Part shown: in pieces, positions 48,183-57,882 of the stretch
Numbering within the stretch: the first letter of the stretch is position 1
How the letters are laid out: every line of letters begins with the position of its first letter
NCBI GenBank assembly: GCA_900696625.1
Contig: CAADGU010000415.1
Coordinates: forward strand, 3,875-67,874
Source: an uncultured Chloroflexota bacterium
GTDB lineage: Bacteria > Chloroflexota > Anaerolineae > Promineifilales > Promineifilaceae
Direction of reading: 5' to 3'
Length of the DNA stretch: 64,000 nt
Made by a program: the position numbers and the translations under genes
Notes under the pieces: model-generated
Databases searched by the model: none
What the model saw: the letters and a program-made list of their open reading frames with translations, nothing else
Told to the model about the DNA's origin: nothing

Positions 48183-48653
48183 CTACAACAGATTGGGCTG
48201 GCTCATCGTGGGCGCCGGATGGACAAACGCCAGGTCATGCGCCGCCAGTTGGTCTACGGCCGCCAGCCAACTGCGGGCAACATGGTACTGGAGCGGCTCT
48301 AACGCAAACAGGTGCGCCATGCTGACACTCTGCCACCGGTACACGGCACACAGACGGCCGCTCACTGTTGACCGGTACCCATCCCTGGTGGGATACACCG
48401 TGACGACGTGGCCGCCACCACGACTGGCGTTGCGCAGCGCCAGCAGTAGTGAAGCCAGCGCCCGCTCTTCCTGTGGCCGGGTTGGTTCCCTGCCGTCGCT
48501 GCGGCCGACCAACAAAACGTGATCGGCGTCGTTGTGGGGCGCGGGCGTGTAGTGCAGCGCCAGGCCATCGGCCGTTGCCTGCCCACCCTGCTTGATCAGC
48601 AGTTCACCAATGGCCGTGCTGATGACCTTGTTTGGTTTGGGACTGGCTGCCAT
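48183..48653 (-). CDS. Hypothetical protein
   Basis: GGAGG SD. Confidence 0.55.
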   Translation of the reverse strand: MAASPKPNKVISTAIGELLIKQGGQATADGLALHYTPAPHNDADHVLLVGRSDGREPTRPQEERALASLLLALRNASRGGGHVVTVYPTRDGYRSTVSGRLCAVYRWQSVSMAHLFALEPLQYHVARSWLAAVDQLAAHDLAFVHPAPTMSQPNLL

Positions 48654-48665
48654 TTCACCCCTCCC

Positions 48666-49097
48666 CTACCAGTACTCGATGCCGGGTTCACGGCCGTCAC
48701 CGGTGGGAAAACGCACCAACATAATCGTCTCATGCGGTGGCTCTATCAAGAGGCGCTCCTGTGAAGCGTCCCACAGCCCTATCTCAGCAAACGCCCATCG
48801 CAGTTCGGCATAGCCCGCCCCACGCAACTGCCAGATACCTTCAGCCCCGGCCGCGTCCAACAAATCGGCTGCCCGGTCTACCAGCCAGCGCCGCGCCAGT
48901 TGCCTGGCCTCTTCCAGTGTATCGGCGTGACCGATGGTTTCTTCGTTGCCGTCGTTTTGTTCTACGAAGAATTTGCCATTCTCCAGGTACAGAATGTCAA
49001 TGGCGAACAATCCAGCTTCTAGCCGGTCGTACTCAAGCGATTCACTGTCGTCTGGGTCGTCTTCAAACGGTTCTAAAACAACGTGTTGCCACTCCAT
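48666..49097 (-). CDS. Hypothetical acidic protein
   Basis: AAGGAG SD. Confidence 0.55.
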   Translation of the reverse strand: MEWQHVVLEPFEDDPDDSESLEYDRLEAGLFAIDILYLENGKFFVEQNDGNEETIGHADTLEEARQLARRWLVDRAADLLDAAGAEGIWQLRGAGYAELRWAFAEIGLWDASQERLLIEPPHETIMLVRFPTGDGREPGIEYW

Positions 49098-49133
49098 GGT
49101 TATTCTCCTTACGGCCCAACGGCCGTGTAACGT

Positions 49134-49490
49134 CTAAATAGCCAGCCTCAATTGGCCGCTATCCCACTCTGGTACATACTCCGGCTCTAGCTCCAATTCG
49201 AGTTCCTCAAAGTGGTTCGGGGATAGTTGGAAACAAACGTCCTTCACGCCGGTCAATCCAGTAAACACCATGAACTCTGGCTGGTTGGTCAGCCGTTGAT
49301 TGATGGCTTCCCTGGTGAAGCGGCTGGCGCGAGATTTGGGCACCGCCAGCCAGCGCTCCGGATAACAAAACTCCTCGGTCTCGCACCAAAACTGAACCTG
49401 TAAATAACTTTCCCTGTCATCAAATGGGTAATGACCTTTGATGACCAGGGCATAACAGGGGTTGTCATTGTCGTTCATCATCACCCCCAC
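49134..49490 (-). CDS. Hypothetical protein
   Basis: Operon position. Confidence 0.5.
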   Translation of the reverse strand: MGVMMNDNDNPCYALVIKGHYPFDDRESYLQVQFWCETEEFCYPERWLAVPKSRASRFTREAINQRLTNQPEFMVFTGLTGVKDVCFQLSPNHFEELELELEPEYVPEWDSGQLRLAI

Positions 49491-49621
49491 GGTTTTTCTC
49501 TTTTGGCTTCACCGCCCTCGCTGGTTAGCCAATCGCCGATAGCGCGCCGCAGCGATTTGTTGCTGATGGCCGCTAAAAAAACCAGGGCGGACAGCCCACA
49601 CAATAAAAATATAGCATTCAC
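49481..49621 (-). CDS. 46-aa membrane peptide (not in ORF track)
   Basis: MNAIFLLCGLSALVFLAAISNK...; GAAAGGTG SD. Confidence 0.45.
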   Translation of the reverse strand: MNAIFLLCGLSALVFLAAISNKSLRRAIGDWLTSEGGEAKREKPWG

Positions 49622-49678
49622 TCGATCACCTTTCCTTTCGGCCGTTGCCCCGCCAGGAGCAACGGCCGTCTCTCATGG

Positions 49679-49789
49679 CTATCGCGCGAAAAGCGCGAAT
49701 AAGCCGACAATAACAGCAATCCAAACGAGGGCGAAGGCACAACCAACGTTGAACGCTTCGCCGGGTGTCAGTTCTGGGCCATGTGGCAT
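49679..49789 (-). CDS. 36-aa membrane peptide (not in ORF track)
   Basis: MPHGPELTPGEAFNVGCAFALVWIAVIVGLFALFAR*; AGGAGG SD. Confidence 0.5.
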   Translation of the reverse strand: MPHGPELTPGEAFNVGCAFALVWIAVIVGLFALFAR

Positions 49790-49799
49790 GATCGCCTCC

Positions 49800-50258
49800 T
49801 TACAGGTTGATTGATCCCAACCAATCCACGATCCCGGCACGTGTCCAGTGATTCACGTCTACCAGGTGCGTCATTTCGGTGGCAACGTCCTGATGTCGGC
49901 CTGTTGGTCCAAAAACCTTGACTGCGCCAATGTTGTAGCCAACCAACTGGCTCAGCCGCCAGACTGCCATGCTGTAGGAGAAATCCGGCCGTTGGATGGT
50001 TTCCGCGCCAAACGCGCCGGCATAGGCAGCAGCGACCGCGCACGTGTGCCAGACCGTGCGGCGTTCATAATGGTAGTAACCGGTGGTCACGGCCGTTACA
50101 AACGATTGCCGCCGCGCCAACGGGTGCAGCGCCCGCCCCGCTTCCAGAAAGTGGGAGAGGCGCGGCCGGGCTAGTTTGGGATTCGGCCGTAGTAGGCAGG
50201 GTGTCAAGACGATATGTTGCGCCTGGGTAAATTGGGTCGTTTGGGTCAACATGATCAT
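49800..50258 (-). CDS. Hypothetical protein
   Basis: ATGA coupling. Confidence 0.55.
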   Translation of the reverse strand: MIMLTQTTQFTQAQHIVLTPCLLRPNPKLARPRLSHFLEAGRALHPLARRQSFVTAVTTGYYHYERRTVWHTCAVAAAYAGAFGAETIQRPDFSYSMAVWRLSQLVGYNIGAVKVFGPTGRHQDVATEMTHLVDVNHWTRAGIVDWLGSINL

Positions 50259-50641
50259 TTACCCCCCTGCTCTGCTGCGATCCGGATGAGATCGGCGCGG
50301 ATGGTCTGACAGATGGCCGTTAGCGGTTGATTCATTTGGATAGCGTTTATGCAAGGTGCAGCAGCTTCTCCATAAATCAAAAATACATCTTGCAAACTGT
50401 GGGCCTGGGCTGGTGTTGGCACGGCCGTCCACGTGGCCGGTGGTGAGATGATTACCAAATCAGGCACGGCCGTGTTCACAGGCGCCAGTTGAGTGGGCAC
50501 TGCCGTAAGGGGTACGGCACCTGCTGGCACGGCCGTCGCCTGCCCTCCCCCACCAGGCTGAGGCCGCCAGCCCACTTTATCGGCAACCAGCAGGGCAATG
50601 ATCAGCAAAAAAAACACAATCAAAGGGTCACTCCTTTTCAT
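50255..50641 (-). CDS. Membrane-anchored Pro/Thr-rich protein
   Basis: N-terminal TM, TAVP repeats. Confidence 0.55.
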   Translation of the reverse strand: MKRSDPLIVFFLLIIALLVADKVGWRPQPGGGGQATAVPAGAVPLTAVPTQLAPVNTAVPDLVIISPPATWTAVPTPAQAHSLQDVFLIYGEAAAPCINAIQMNQPLTAICQTIRADLIRIAAEQGGK

Positions 50642-50766
50642 CGCACACGCTCCCATCGGGCACGGCCGTCGTCCCAAATCAGGCCGTATCCGGTCAGCCG
50701 CTCAACGGCGGCAAGAATCCAATCGGTCAATCGTAAATCCATAATGGTGTTCATGGTTTGCTCCTT

Positions 50767-50797
50767 GACCTGACAGGTTAGGGAAACCTGTCAGGTC
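50767..50797. repeat. REP-like palindrome
   Basis: GACCTGACAGGT-TAGGGAA-ACCTGTCAGGTC. Confidence 0.75.
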
Positions 50798-50803
50798 TAA
50801 ACA

Positions 50804-51088
50804 TTAAAACTCTGTATACCCTTCTTCCCACGGTGCCACCGGCGGCGCGGCGGGAAATTTACCCGTGTCCGGGTAGCCGGTTGCTTTCCAATAGACGTGG
50901 GCGCCCATGCTGGCCAGGTAATGCCGGGCTTCGGCCGGTGAACGGAAGCGGGCGGCAAACGCCTGCCAGCCCTTCGAGCCAATGGCGCTGTAATGGGATG
51001 AGCCGTGTTTGCGGTATGTGGCCCGGCCGCCAGCGACCGCGATGCGCCGGCAATGCTCAGCCCGGTCAAATGGTTTCTTTTCGCTCAT
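50804..51088 (-). CDS. KGG-repeat-like small protein
   Basis: HCRRIAVAGGRAT..KHG..HYSAIGSKG. Confidence 0.55.
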   Translation of the reverse strand: MSEKKPFDRAEHCRRIAVAGGRATYRKHGSSHYSAIGSKGWQAFAARFRSPAEARHYLASMGAHVYWKATGYPDTGKFPAAPPVAPWEEGYTEF

Positions 51089-51091
51089 GAT

Positions 51092-51886
51092 CTACCTCCT
51101 GGCGCCGTTCTGCGCGGCCTTTTCGGTGGTAACTAGCGCGGTTAGTTGGCGGGCATTTCGCAGCCAGCGCCGGGCAGTTGAATCGCTGACGCTGTATTTC
51201 CTGGCTATTTCCCCAGTGGTGAGGTCGAGCATTCGCACTTTTTCAGCATGGGCAAGTAACCGCCAATCCGACGGCGTTGTGACCGCTTTTTGCCCACCTT
51301 CTGGCTGCCGCTTCGCGGCCGCCTGCGCCTTGAGTTGGCGCGCCAACTCGCGGTCTTTCTCGGCCTGTTCGCGCTCCCAGACAGCCCGATCGCGTTCCTG
51401 CTCTTGGCGCGCCTGCTCAGCCTGGCGCGCCTGGGACTGGCGTATGCCATCGTCGTCTACCAGGCCTAGGAGCAGGTACACCGCGCCGGCAATCAGGAAC
51501 ATGACGGTGCCGGTGATTTTGGCGTCCCGGCTGGTGGATTCCAGCAGCCAGATACCGGCGATGCCCACAACCAGGTAGAAAACGGCTATACCGCCGGCAA
51601 CAAGCGCCTTACCCCGCTCGCCACTGCTTTGCAGGCGGACGGCGATGTGTGCAGAGAGGATGCCGACGGATTCCAGGCCGGCGGCGGCGACCAGGCCAAC
51701 GATCAGGCCAACGGCCGTACTGCTGGCCATGGCCAGCACGGCCACATAGACGGCGTGGCCGAAGAAGAAGGCAGGCGCGGCCGGGACGCTGAATGGTGCC
51801 AGGCGGCGAATGAAAGAGAGTGCGATGTTGCCGCCGGTCTCGAAGAGCGCATCAAAGAATGTTTCGATTTTTTTTAGGCGTGTCAT
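51092..51886 (-). CDS. Multi-TM protein with coiled coil and C-terminal HTH
   Basis: About 4 TM segments, Q/E/R coil, LTTGEIARKYSVSDSTARRW. Confidence 0.65.
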   Translation of the reverse strand: MTRLKKIETFFDALFETGGNIALSFIRRLAPFSVPAAPAFFFGHAVYVAVLAMASSTAVGLIVGLVAAAGLESVGILSAHIAVRLQSSGERGKALVAGGIAVFYLVVGIAGIWLLESTSRDAKITGTVMFLIAGAVYLLLGLVDDDGIRQSQARQAEQARQEQERDRAVWEREQAEKDRELARQLKAQAAAKRQPEGGQKAVTTPSDWRLLAHAEKVRMLDLTTGEIARKYSVSDSTARRWLRNARQLTALVTTEKAAQNGARR

Positions 51887-51897
51887 GGATAGCTCCT

Positions 51898-52128
51898 TCA
51901 CCGCAGAAAGATAATAAAGCAGGCTAACGCCGCAAAAAACGTGAACAGGAAAACCAGGCCATAGAACGCCACATTCAGGCGTTCGGCGCGGCGGCGGGCG
52001 GCCACTTTTCTCCTGAACGCTTCCCTCATCGCGGCCTTTTCCGCCTCCCAGGCTGCCAGATCGTCCGACAGTTCCGGTTCGTGCCCGATGCGCTCGTATT
52101 TCAACTCATCTGTCCAGGGTGACATCAT
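51898..52128 (-). CDS. Small protein with C-terminal TM
   Basis: AGGAGG SD. Confidence 0.55.
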   Translation of the reverse strand: MMSPWTDELKYERIGHEPELSDDLAAWEAEKAAMREAFRRKVAARRRAERLNVAFYGLVFLFTFFAALACFIIFLR

Positions 52129-52451
52129 GCGCCTCCTTTGCTGATGTAAAGCAGCGACCCGCCGACGAATGCGCCGGAGATGAGGATGAAGATGCCGACG
52201 GCGGCGGTTGTCGCGCCGGAGAATCGCGCCGGGGGGTCTGGTGTGGGGGGCTGGATGGCGGCCGTTACCTGGTTATTACGGCCGTTAATGGCAATGGCGA
52301 CACCGCCGTCGCCGCGCACCTCGGCGCTCGTTTCTGGCGAGAAGAGGCGCGTGTCCAGCGTGATGTCGCGGGGGATGACCATGGCCATCAACACGGCGCC
52401 TACAACCAGGCCGAAGATCAGGGTGGAAAAAGAAAAGGTAGATTGTTTCAT
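52125..52451 (-). CDS. Two-TM membrane protein
   Basis: ATGA coupling at both ends. Confidence 0.55.
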   Translation of the reverse strand: MKQSTFSFSTLIFGLVVGAVLMAMVIPRDITLDTRLFSPETSAEVRGDGGVAIAINGRNNQVTAAIQPPTPDPPARFSGATTAAVGIFILISGAFVGGSLLYISKGGA

Positions 52452-53518
52452 GTTGGTTTCCTCGTTTTGCTTGTTGGCAGCGGTGGGATGATTCCCTCTC
52501 CCCTGCCCCATTTAATGGCACGATTCACGATTGCCAGGCGATCAGAGTTTTTGCTGCCGAAATACTCGAAGCAGACCCGGTTCATAGACGGCCGTTCACC
52601 ACGCGCAGACATCTCATTCCACAGAGAGCAGATGCCTTCTAACACGGCCGCGTCAATAACCGGCTCAGTGGGCTGCACACTCACGGTGATGACCCCTGGC
52701 GCGGGCGTTGCACCGGTGTTTTGCACTGGTGCTGCACCGGTTACACCGGTTACACCGGTGTTTCGCACCGGTGCTACTCGACTACGCTGCCATTCATGTA
52801 GTGGGGTGGTGCGCACCGGTGCAGGCAAGGCGCGCACCGGTGCGGCCGGGGCGGTGGGGGAGGCCATCCCCGCCTGCGCGAGGATTGTCAGCAGGTGCAT
52901 TTCCAGCAGCCGGTACAGGCGGCGCAAATGGCTGTCATTCGGCCGGACAACAGCGAATAACAGGCCAACGGCCGCCAGGCCAAAAAGGGCCAATGACAAC
53001 CAGGTCAGGCGTATGGCGGCCGTGCGGGCGGCCTGCCAATCGGCAGCGTAGTCGATCACCTGGTGGGGAGCGGGAGGCGTCCAGGTGGGCGCAGGCGTCC
53101 AGGTAGGCAGGGCCGTCCACGTGGGCGGGGGCGTGTAGGTGGGCGCGGCCGTGTGCGTGGCCATCGGCGTGTAGGTGGGCAACGGTGTGTACGTCGCGGG
53201 TGGCATCCATGTAGATGCAGGAACGGCTCCTACCGTCGCTGGGGCAGCCTCAACCGCCAACGCCGGCAGCCTAGTAACAGTGGGCGCCAGCGTCGGAGTA
53301 TTGGACAGCACAAGCCCGGTGGGGCCATAGATGGCGGTGGCTGTGGTGCTCACAGCCAGACCGGGTTGTTGCCCGGCGTTGACAACGGCTAACACGCCTA
53401 CGATGACCACCGCAACCAGGAAAAAAACAACCAGGTTGGAAATCGTCTCCAGCAGGCAGCCTCCGCCTTTTTCTTGTTCCTTAAGTTTCGTTATATCTTC
53501 TTCCGAGAAGTGCTTCAT
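52448..53518 (-). CDS. Two-TM protein with PT(Y/W)T repeats and C-terminal helical domain
   Basis: GGAGG SD; ATYTPLPTYTP...PTWTP. Confidence 0.65.
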   Translation of the reverse strand: MKHFSEEDITKLKEQEKGGGCLLETISNLVVFFLVAVVIVGVLAVVNAGQQPGLAVSTTATAIYGPTGLVLSNTPTLAPTVTRLPALAVEAAPATVGAVPASTWMPPATYTPLPTYTPMATHTAAPTYTPPPTWTALPTWTPAPTWTPPAPHQVIDYAADWQAARTAAIRLTWLSLALFGLAAVGLLFAVVRPNDSHLRRLYRLLEMHLLTILAQAGMASPTAPAAPVRALPAPVRTTPLHEWQRSRVAPVRNTGVTGVTGAAPVQNTGATPAPGVITVSVQPTEPVIDAAVLEGICSLWNEMSARGERPSMNRVCFEYFGSKNSDRLAIVNRAIKWGRGEGIIPPLPTSKTRKPT

Positions 53519-53538
53519 GGAACCTCCGCAGTGGCATG

Positions 53539-53566
53539 AGGGCGTAACCCGGCCGGGTTACGCCCT
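53539..53566. repeat. Perfect 28-bp palindrome
   Basis: AGGGCGTAACCCGG|CCGGGTTACGCCCT. Confidence 0.8.
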
Positions 53567-53575
53567 TTGTCATTA

Positions 53576-54343
53576 TTAAGAGTTACCAGCGCCATCATCG
53601 GCCGCGCCACCTGCGTCTGTGGCGGCCGTGTCTACGGCCACTTTGAGCCGGATGTACAGGCAGCAGGCTTCGCCGTTGGGCACAGTCTGGAATTCGGCGT
53701 CACGCCCCTCTGTGCGCCACCGGGGGCGCAATGTACCCAGGTAAGAGCGCACCCGTTTGGCAGTTGGCGCATCGGCAAACGTGACCCGGATCCATTCACT
53801 GTAGCCATTCTTGCCGATGGGCACGGCCAGCAGGCGGGTGGCCAGCGGCGCGTATTTGGCTTTGCCCACAACGGGCGGCTGTACGCCGATCTCAAATGCC
53901 TGATACAGTTCGTTTTTTGTGGCGTCTTGAATTGCCATGGTTGGTTGTCCTTCATCCGGCCGGGTACCCGGCGCGGACATTGTGACGGCCGTGTGACCGG
54001 CCGTCGCCAGTTGTTTGTAAACATAATGGGGGGGGGCGAATGCGGGCGGAATGCCGTCGCCGACGGCGCAACCGATACAGAGATCACCGACGGCCAGGTT
54101 GACAGTGGGCGCCCAGGGCACGGCCGCTGCTGCCGCCTCACTCGCCGAGGGGAAGATGTGGATAGTGCAGCACCGGCAGCGGGTGAGGCAGGCGTCACAG
54201 ACGGCCGAATTGGGGCGATTGGGCCGGTCAGGGACGCGGCCGCAATGGAGGCAACGAGGTAGGGCCAGGAATGCCTGGTCTACCAGATCGTCTGTTGTTT
54301 CGGCCAACCAACGGCCGTCTAGCGTATTTGTGATTGCGCTCAT
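53576..54343 (-). CDS. Cys-rich hypothetical protein
   Basis: CLHC, CDAC, CRCC, CIGC; AAGGTG SD. Confidence 0.55.
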   Translation of the reverse strand: MSAITNTLDGRWLAETTDDLVDQAFLALPRCLHCGRVPDRPNRPNSAVCDACLTRCRCCTIHIFPSASEAAAAAVPWAPTVNLAVGDLCIGCAVGDGIPPAFAPPHYVYKQLATAGHTAVTMSAPGTRPDEGQPTMAIQDATKNELYQAFEIGVQPPVVGKAKYAPLATRLLAVPIGKNGYSEWIRVTFADAPTAKRVRSYLGTLRPRWRTEGRDAEFQTVPNGEACCLYIRLKVAVDTAATDAGGAADDGAGNS

Positions 54344-54450
54344 ATCGCACCTTTGTTTGTGTTACAATGGGGGTCTGCTCCGAGCTGGCCCAATGGCCTG
54401 CTTGACCGGCCTGGCCGCCACCCCCGTGAACGGCCAGGCCGGTTTTTTTG

Positions 54451-55230
54451 TCAATCCATAGACAACTCCTTTGCCGGGGACGGGCTGGGGGAACCACACC
54501 ACCGGCGATTCAATTCACCTATATCTCGTTCCAGGGCAGCCAGCCTGTCGCGGGCTGCATCCAGAATTCGCACACTCTCTTGCCAGGCTTGCCAGTTTTG
54601 CATGGCCGTCAGCACGGCTTCCTGGTCGGCCAGGTTGCCGCCCACATAGGCCCGTAGGCGCTGCGCGGGGTCGGCGTGACGGCCGTGTAGGGGACATTCC
54701 TGCCCGGCCGTGTGGATGGCATATAAGTAGCGGTCGCTGCGCCAGTGTTCGCGGCCGTTGCAGCACGGCCGGGAGCGAGCATTGGCCTCGGCGCGGGTGG
54801 CGTGCTGCACGGCGGCCGATAGCCGGGCCAGCGTCTCGGTGATACTGGCCAGTCGTTCGGCCGTCTGCATGGAAACAAGCTGGTTATCCAGCCGATACTC
54901 GGCGGCCGGATCCGGCCTTTCGCGGGTACTCTTTTGCCGCTCCTGGTCAAGCACATTGGCAATGGCCTGGTACACGTCGCGGGGGCGGTGGCGGGCGGGC
55001 AGGGCGGCCGTGAGCCGGGGCCAATTGGCTGAGCGTTGGCGTAGCTCGTGCATCTTTTCCAGGATGAGCAGCCAGCCGCCTTTATCGTATTGCCGCAACC
55101 AGGCGTAGAGGCCGGCTTCCAGGTCACGCACGGTGGCCAAATTGGTGTCACCGGCGGCGGCGGTCGCGGCGCCTGGTGTCACCAATTCACCCGTCTGATT
55201 GATTGGCTCTGTACCAGGTAAGAATCCCAT
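54451..55230 (-). CDS. Hypothetical coiled-coil protein with Cys/His cluster
   Basis: AAGGAG SD before MGFLPG. Confidence 0.55.
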   Translation of the reverse strand: MGFLPGTEPINQTGELVTPGAATAAAGDTNLATVRDLEAGLYAWLRQYDKGGWLLILEKMHELRQRSANWPRLTAALPARHRPRDVYQAIANVLDQERQKSTRERPDPAAEYRLDNQLVSMQTAERLASITETLARLSAAVQHATRAEANARSRPCCNGREHWRSDRYLYAIHTAGQECPLHGRHADPAQRLRAYVGGNLADQEAVLTAMQNWQAWQESVRILDAARDRLAALERDIGELNRRWCGSPSPSPAKELSMD

Positions 55231-55240
55231 AACCTGCTCC

Positions 55241-55558
55241 TTATACCGGGGCGACATGGCCGTCTTCCGGCTCGGCCGCGCCACGCACCGCCTCACACAA
55301 TAACCCTAGCCACTCTTCAGCTACGGCCGCCTCAGCGCCACTGGTGGCGCAAAGGGCGCGGATGAGCATTCGATGGCTGGGCCGCTCCTGCCGCGGTAGG
55401 GCATCACCGGCCAGCGCCTCGTATTGCAAGGCGGTGACGGCGTTGCCCAGGGCGTGGCGGTTGACGCTGTAAATGTCAGCCGCGGCCGTGACCGTGTCTT
55501 GCCAGTGACGGACCCGGCCGCTTTCAAAAATGACAATGACGTGGCTGATGCTGTCCAT
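55241..55558 (-). CDS. Hypothetical protein
   Basis: Operon position. Confidence 0.5.
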   Translation of the reverse strand: MDSISHVIVIFESGRVRHWQDTVTAAADIYSVNRHALGNAVTALQYEALAGDALPRQERPSHRMLIRALCATSGAEAAVAEEWLGLLCEAVRGAAEPEDGHVAPV

Positions 55559-55570
55559 AATGCCAATCCC

Positions 55571-56482
55571 TTAGCGTTTGATAGGCAGGTCGGTGCAATC
55601 CAGGCACCGGCCGTTAATCGTGGTTTCGCCTTCATCCAGGATGCGGCCGCATCCAGCACAGACGCCCGTTTGCCCCAATAGCTGCGGCGGGTAGACGCCC
55701 GCCTCCAGCTTGCTGCGCAGGAACCCGGCCGGGTTGCGGATCTGCTTCTCTTTGGCCTTGATTTCGGCCAGCCAGCCAGTGATGACAGATTCCATGTCGT
55801 CGCCAAAGGTCTGCCGCGCCTTATGCACCAGGTAGGAGGCGCTGCGGCGGTCTATGCCCAGGTAGCCCAGGCGGGAGATGAGGGACGGGCTGCCGTTGCC
55901 ATTGCCATTGCTGTGTGTATCGCCATCCCCTTCTTCATCGTCCGGGTAGGCAGGGGTGGGGGCGGCGGCGCGTGATTCGTGGTAGAGGGCGAGCAGCCGC
56001 CGCTTGAGCGATTCGCCAATCTCATAGCCGTTTTCGATGGCGGCCCCAATCTCCTGCAACAGGTTGGCAATCTCGGCCGCACGGGCGCGGCGGGCCTGCT
56101 CTTCTTGCTCGTAGAGGTGCAGAGCGGCGTCCAGCAGGGGGGTGAAGTCGTAGTCGTTTTCGGCCTGCCCACGTTCGTCATATCGCTTGCTGAGAGTAAG
56201 CAGGTCTATCTCTTCCAGGTATGAGATGTACTGGCGCAGCACACGGGGATCTGTCTGCATCCATTCGGCGATCTGCGATTGGGAGGCTTCATCCCCATTC
56301 AGGTAGGTGGAGAAAATCTCCAGCACAAAGACCAGGTGCTGGTGGCGCAGGCCCAACGGCCGGTAATGGTGCAGCAGCGCCAGGGGCACGGGCATCGTCC
56401 AGCGGAACGCCGGGTGAAAGGGCAGGCTAAATTTGAAACGTTCGTCTGGGGCGGGATCGCCGGTGGGCGGGTCATCAATCAT
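55571..56482 (-). CDS. Phage replication initiator (DnaD-N/wHTH-like)
   Basis: VP..LL.HYRPLGL...SQSQIAEWM...LEEIDLL...NDYDFTPL; C-terminal IRNPAGFLRS..E and CxxC..CxxC. Confidence 0.75.
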   Translation of the reverse strand: MIDDPPTGDPAPDERFKFSLPFHPAFRWTMPVPLALLHHYRPLGLRHQHLVFVLEIFSTYLNGDEASQSQIAEWMQTDPRVLRQYISYLEEIDLLTLSKRYDERGQAENDYDFTPLLDAALHLYEQEEQARRARAAEIANLLQEIGAAIENGYEIGESLKRRLLALYHESRAAAPTPAYPDDEEGDGDTHSNGNGNGSPSLISRLGYLGIDRRSASYLVHKARQTFGDDMESVITGWLAEIKAKEKQIRNPAGFLRSKLEAGVYPPQLLGQTGVCAGCGRILDEGETTINGRCLDCTDLPIKR

Positions 56483-56575
56483 GTGATTTCTCCATCTGGT
56501 TGCGGGTTGATAAAGCTGGTTGATAAAATCGGCCGTTTGCGGTTCTTACGGCCGTGTGAAATAAGGAGGTGTACA

Positions 56576-57658
56576 TTGTCAGGTGTTTTGAGGCCCAAAC
56601 GCCCCACGCGGGCGGGGCAGAAGGTGGCGGTGTTTTTGGCTGCGGATTATGAAAAGGGCAGCTACTTTGCGGCGTTGCAAAAGTTTCTGGAAAAGCAACA
56701 GGCGCGGGGGCTGTCGGTCTATACGGTGGCCCGACTGTATTACAGTCTGTACCCCATTGGCGTGGCGGCGGAGAATGCGCCGCTGACGGCTTTGTCGCCG
56801 GAGTGGCTGCGGGAATATCTGGACGATCTGTGGCGGACCCACGCGCCGGAGACGCTGCGCACACACACGGCCGATGCCCGCCAGTTCTTTAAGTGGTGCA
56901 AGAAAAAGGGGCATCACCCGTTAAACATCGCCAGAGGTATCCGGCCTGTGCGCTACCGGCCGCAACGGCGGCGGCGGGTCACGGCGGCGCCGGAAGCGGA
57001 TGTACGGCAGGTGATGGCGCATCTGGCGGGGCTGCTGCGGGCGTCTGACCTGGTGTACCGCGACCTGTTCCGCACGCTGCAAGCGGCGGAGACGGGGTGG
57101 ACGGAGGAGACGGTGCGGGCGCTGCGCGACCTGCTGATCCTGGCCTTCTTGTACGAGACCGGGGCGCGGGTGGGGGAGTTGTCCCGATTGGGGTCGGCGG
57201 CGATGGATGAGGCAATACGGCAGCCCCAGAGTGTTTACCAGGTGACGGTGGTGGGCAAGACTAACGACCGCGAGCGGTATTTCACCACGTACACGGCCGA
57301 ATTGTGGCGTCTCTGGCAGCAGGTACGGCCGGCGCCGGCGCGGGAGTTTGCGGTGGTGGGGTGGCGCGGCGGCCGGGAAGCGGATGCGGAGCAGATGCGC
57401 ACCAATGGCGTCAGCCAGATGTTGGAGCGGCGCTGCATTCAGGCCGGGGTACGGCCGTTTCGGGCGCAGTCCTTACGCCACGCCAAAGTGAAGCGCAGCC
57501 GGCAGCAGGTGGGCATGGAGTTGGCGGCGGTGCTGATTGACCACAGCACCATCCGCTCTACCTGGAACTACGTCAACATAGATGACGATGAGATTAGCCA
57601 GGCGGTGGTGGCCACGGGGCTGCAAACCGACCTGTGGGTGGGGCAAGGAGGGGAATAG
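56576..57658 (+). CDS. int: Prophage integrase (tyrosine recombinase)
   Basis: AAGGAGG SD + TTG; ETGARVGEL, GKT, QSLRH, DHS, WNY; ends 59 bp from att. Confidence 0.85.
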   Translation: MSGVLRPKRPTRAGQKVAVFLAADYEKGSYFAALQKFLEKQQARGLSVYTVARLYYSLYPIGVAAENAPLTALSPEWLREYLDDLWRTHAPETLRTHTADARQFFKWCKKKGHHPLNIARGIRPVRYRPQRRRRVTAAPEADVRQVMAHLAGLLRASDLVYRDLFRTLQAAETGWTEETVRALRDLLILAFLYETGARVGELSRLGSAAMDEAIRQPQSVYQVTVVGKTNDRERYFTTYTAELWRLWQQVRPAPAREFAVVGWRGGREADAEQMRTNGVSQMLERRCIQAGVRPFRAQSLRHAKVKRSRQQVGMELAAVLIDHSTIRSTWNYVNIDDDEISQAVVATGLQTDLWVGQGGE

Positions 57659-57717
57659 ACAAAGAAGTTATACTAACAAACGAGCGCAGATTTGCGGACA
57701 GGTGGGGCGTTAGAGGC

Positions 57718-57759
57718 TTGACATCGTAGAGGTCACAAGTTCAAGTCTTGTACCGCCCA
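57718..57759 (+). repeat. att core, right (displaced 3' part of tRNA-Val)
   Basis: 42-bp identity to 14725-14766. Confidence 0.97.
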
Positions 57760-57768
57760 TCGGCAAAG

Positions 57769-57799
57769 AAAAAGCCACCGGTCAACCGGTGGCTTTTTT
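57769..57799. terminator. Bidirectional terminator (original tRNA terminator)
   Basis: AAAAAGCCACCGG-TCAA-CCGGTGGCTTTTTT. Confidence 0.85.
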
Positions 57800-57882
57800 G
57801 CTTGAACGCTGCCCCCAGCAGTTAAACACCTCATGCCAGAGGTGGCGCGTTTTTCATACCGTTTGATCCGTTCTGATTCTGG

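Noticed and set aside
56279..56575. N-terminal extension of the integrase
   Set aside because: Overlaps the divergent initiator gene; strong SD precedes TTG at 56576
57718..57759. Second tRNA gene
   Set aside because: Only the 3' 42 nt are present, with no D-arm or 5' acceptor strand; it is the att duplication
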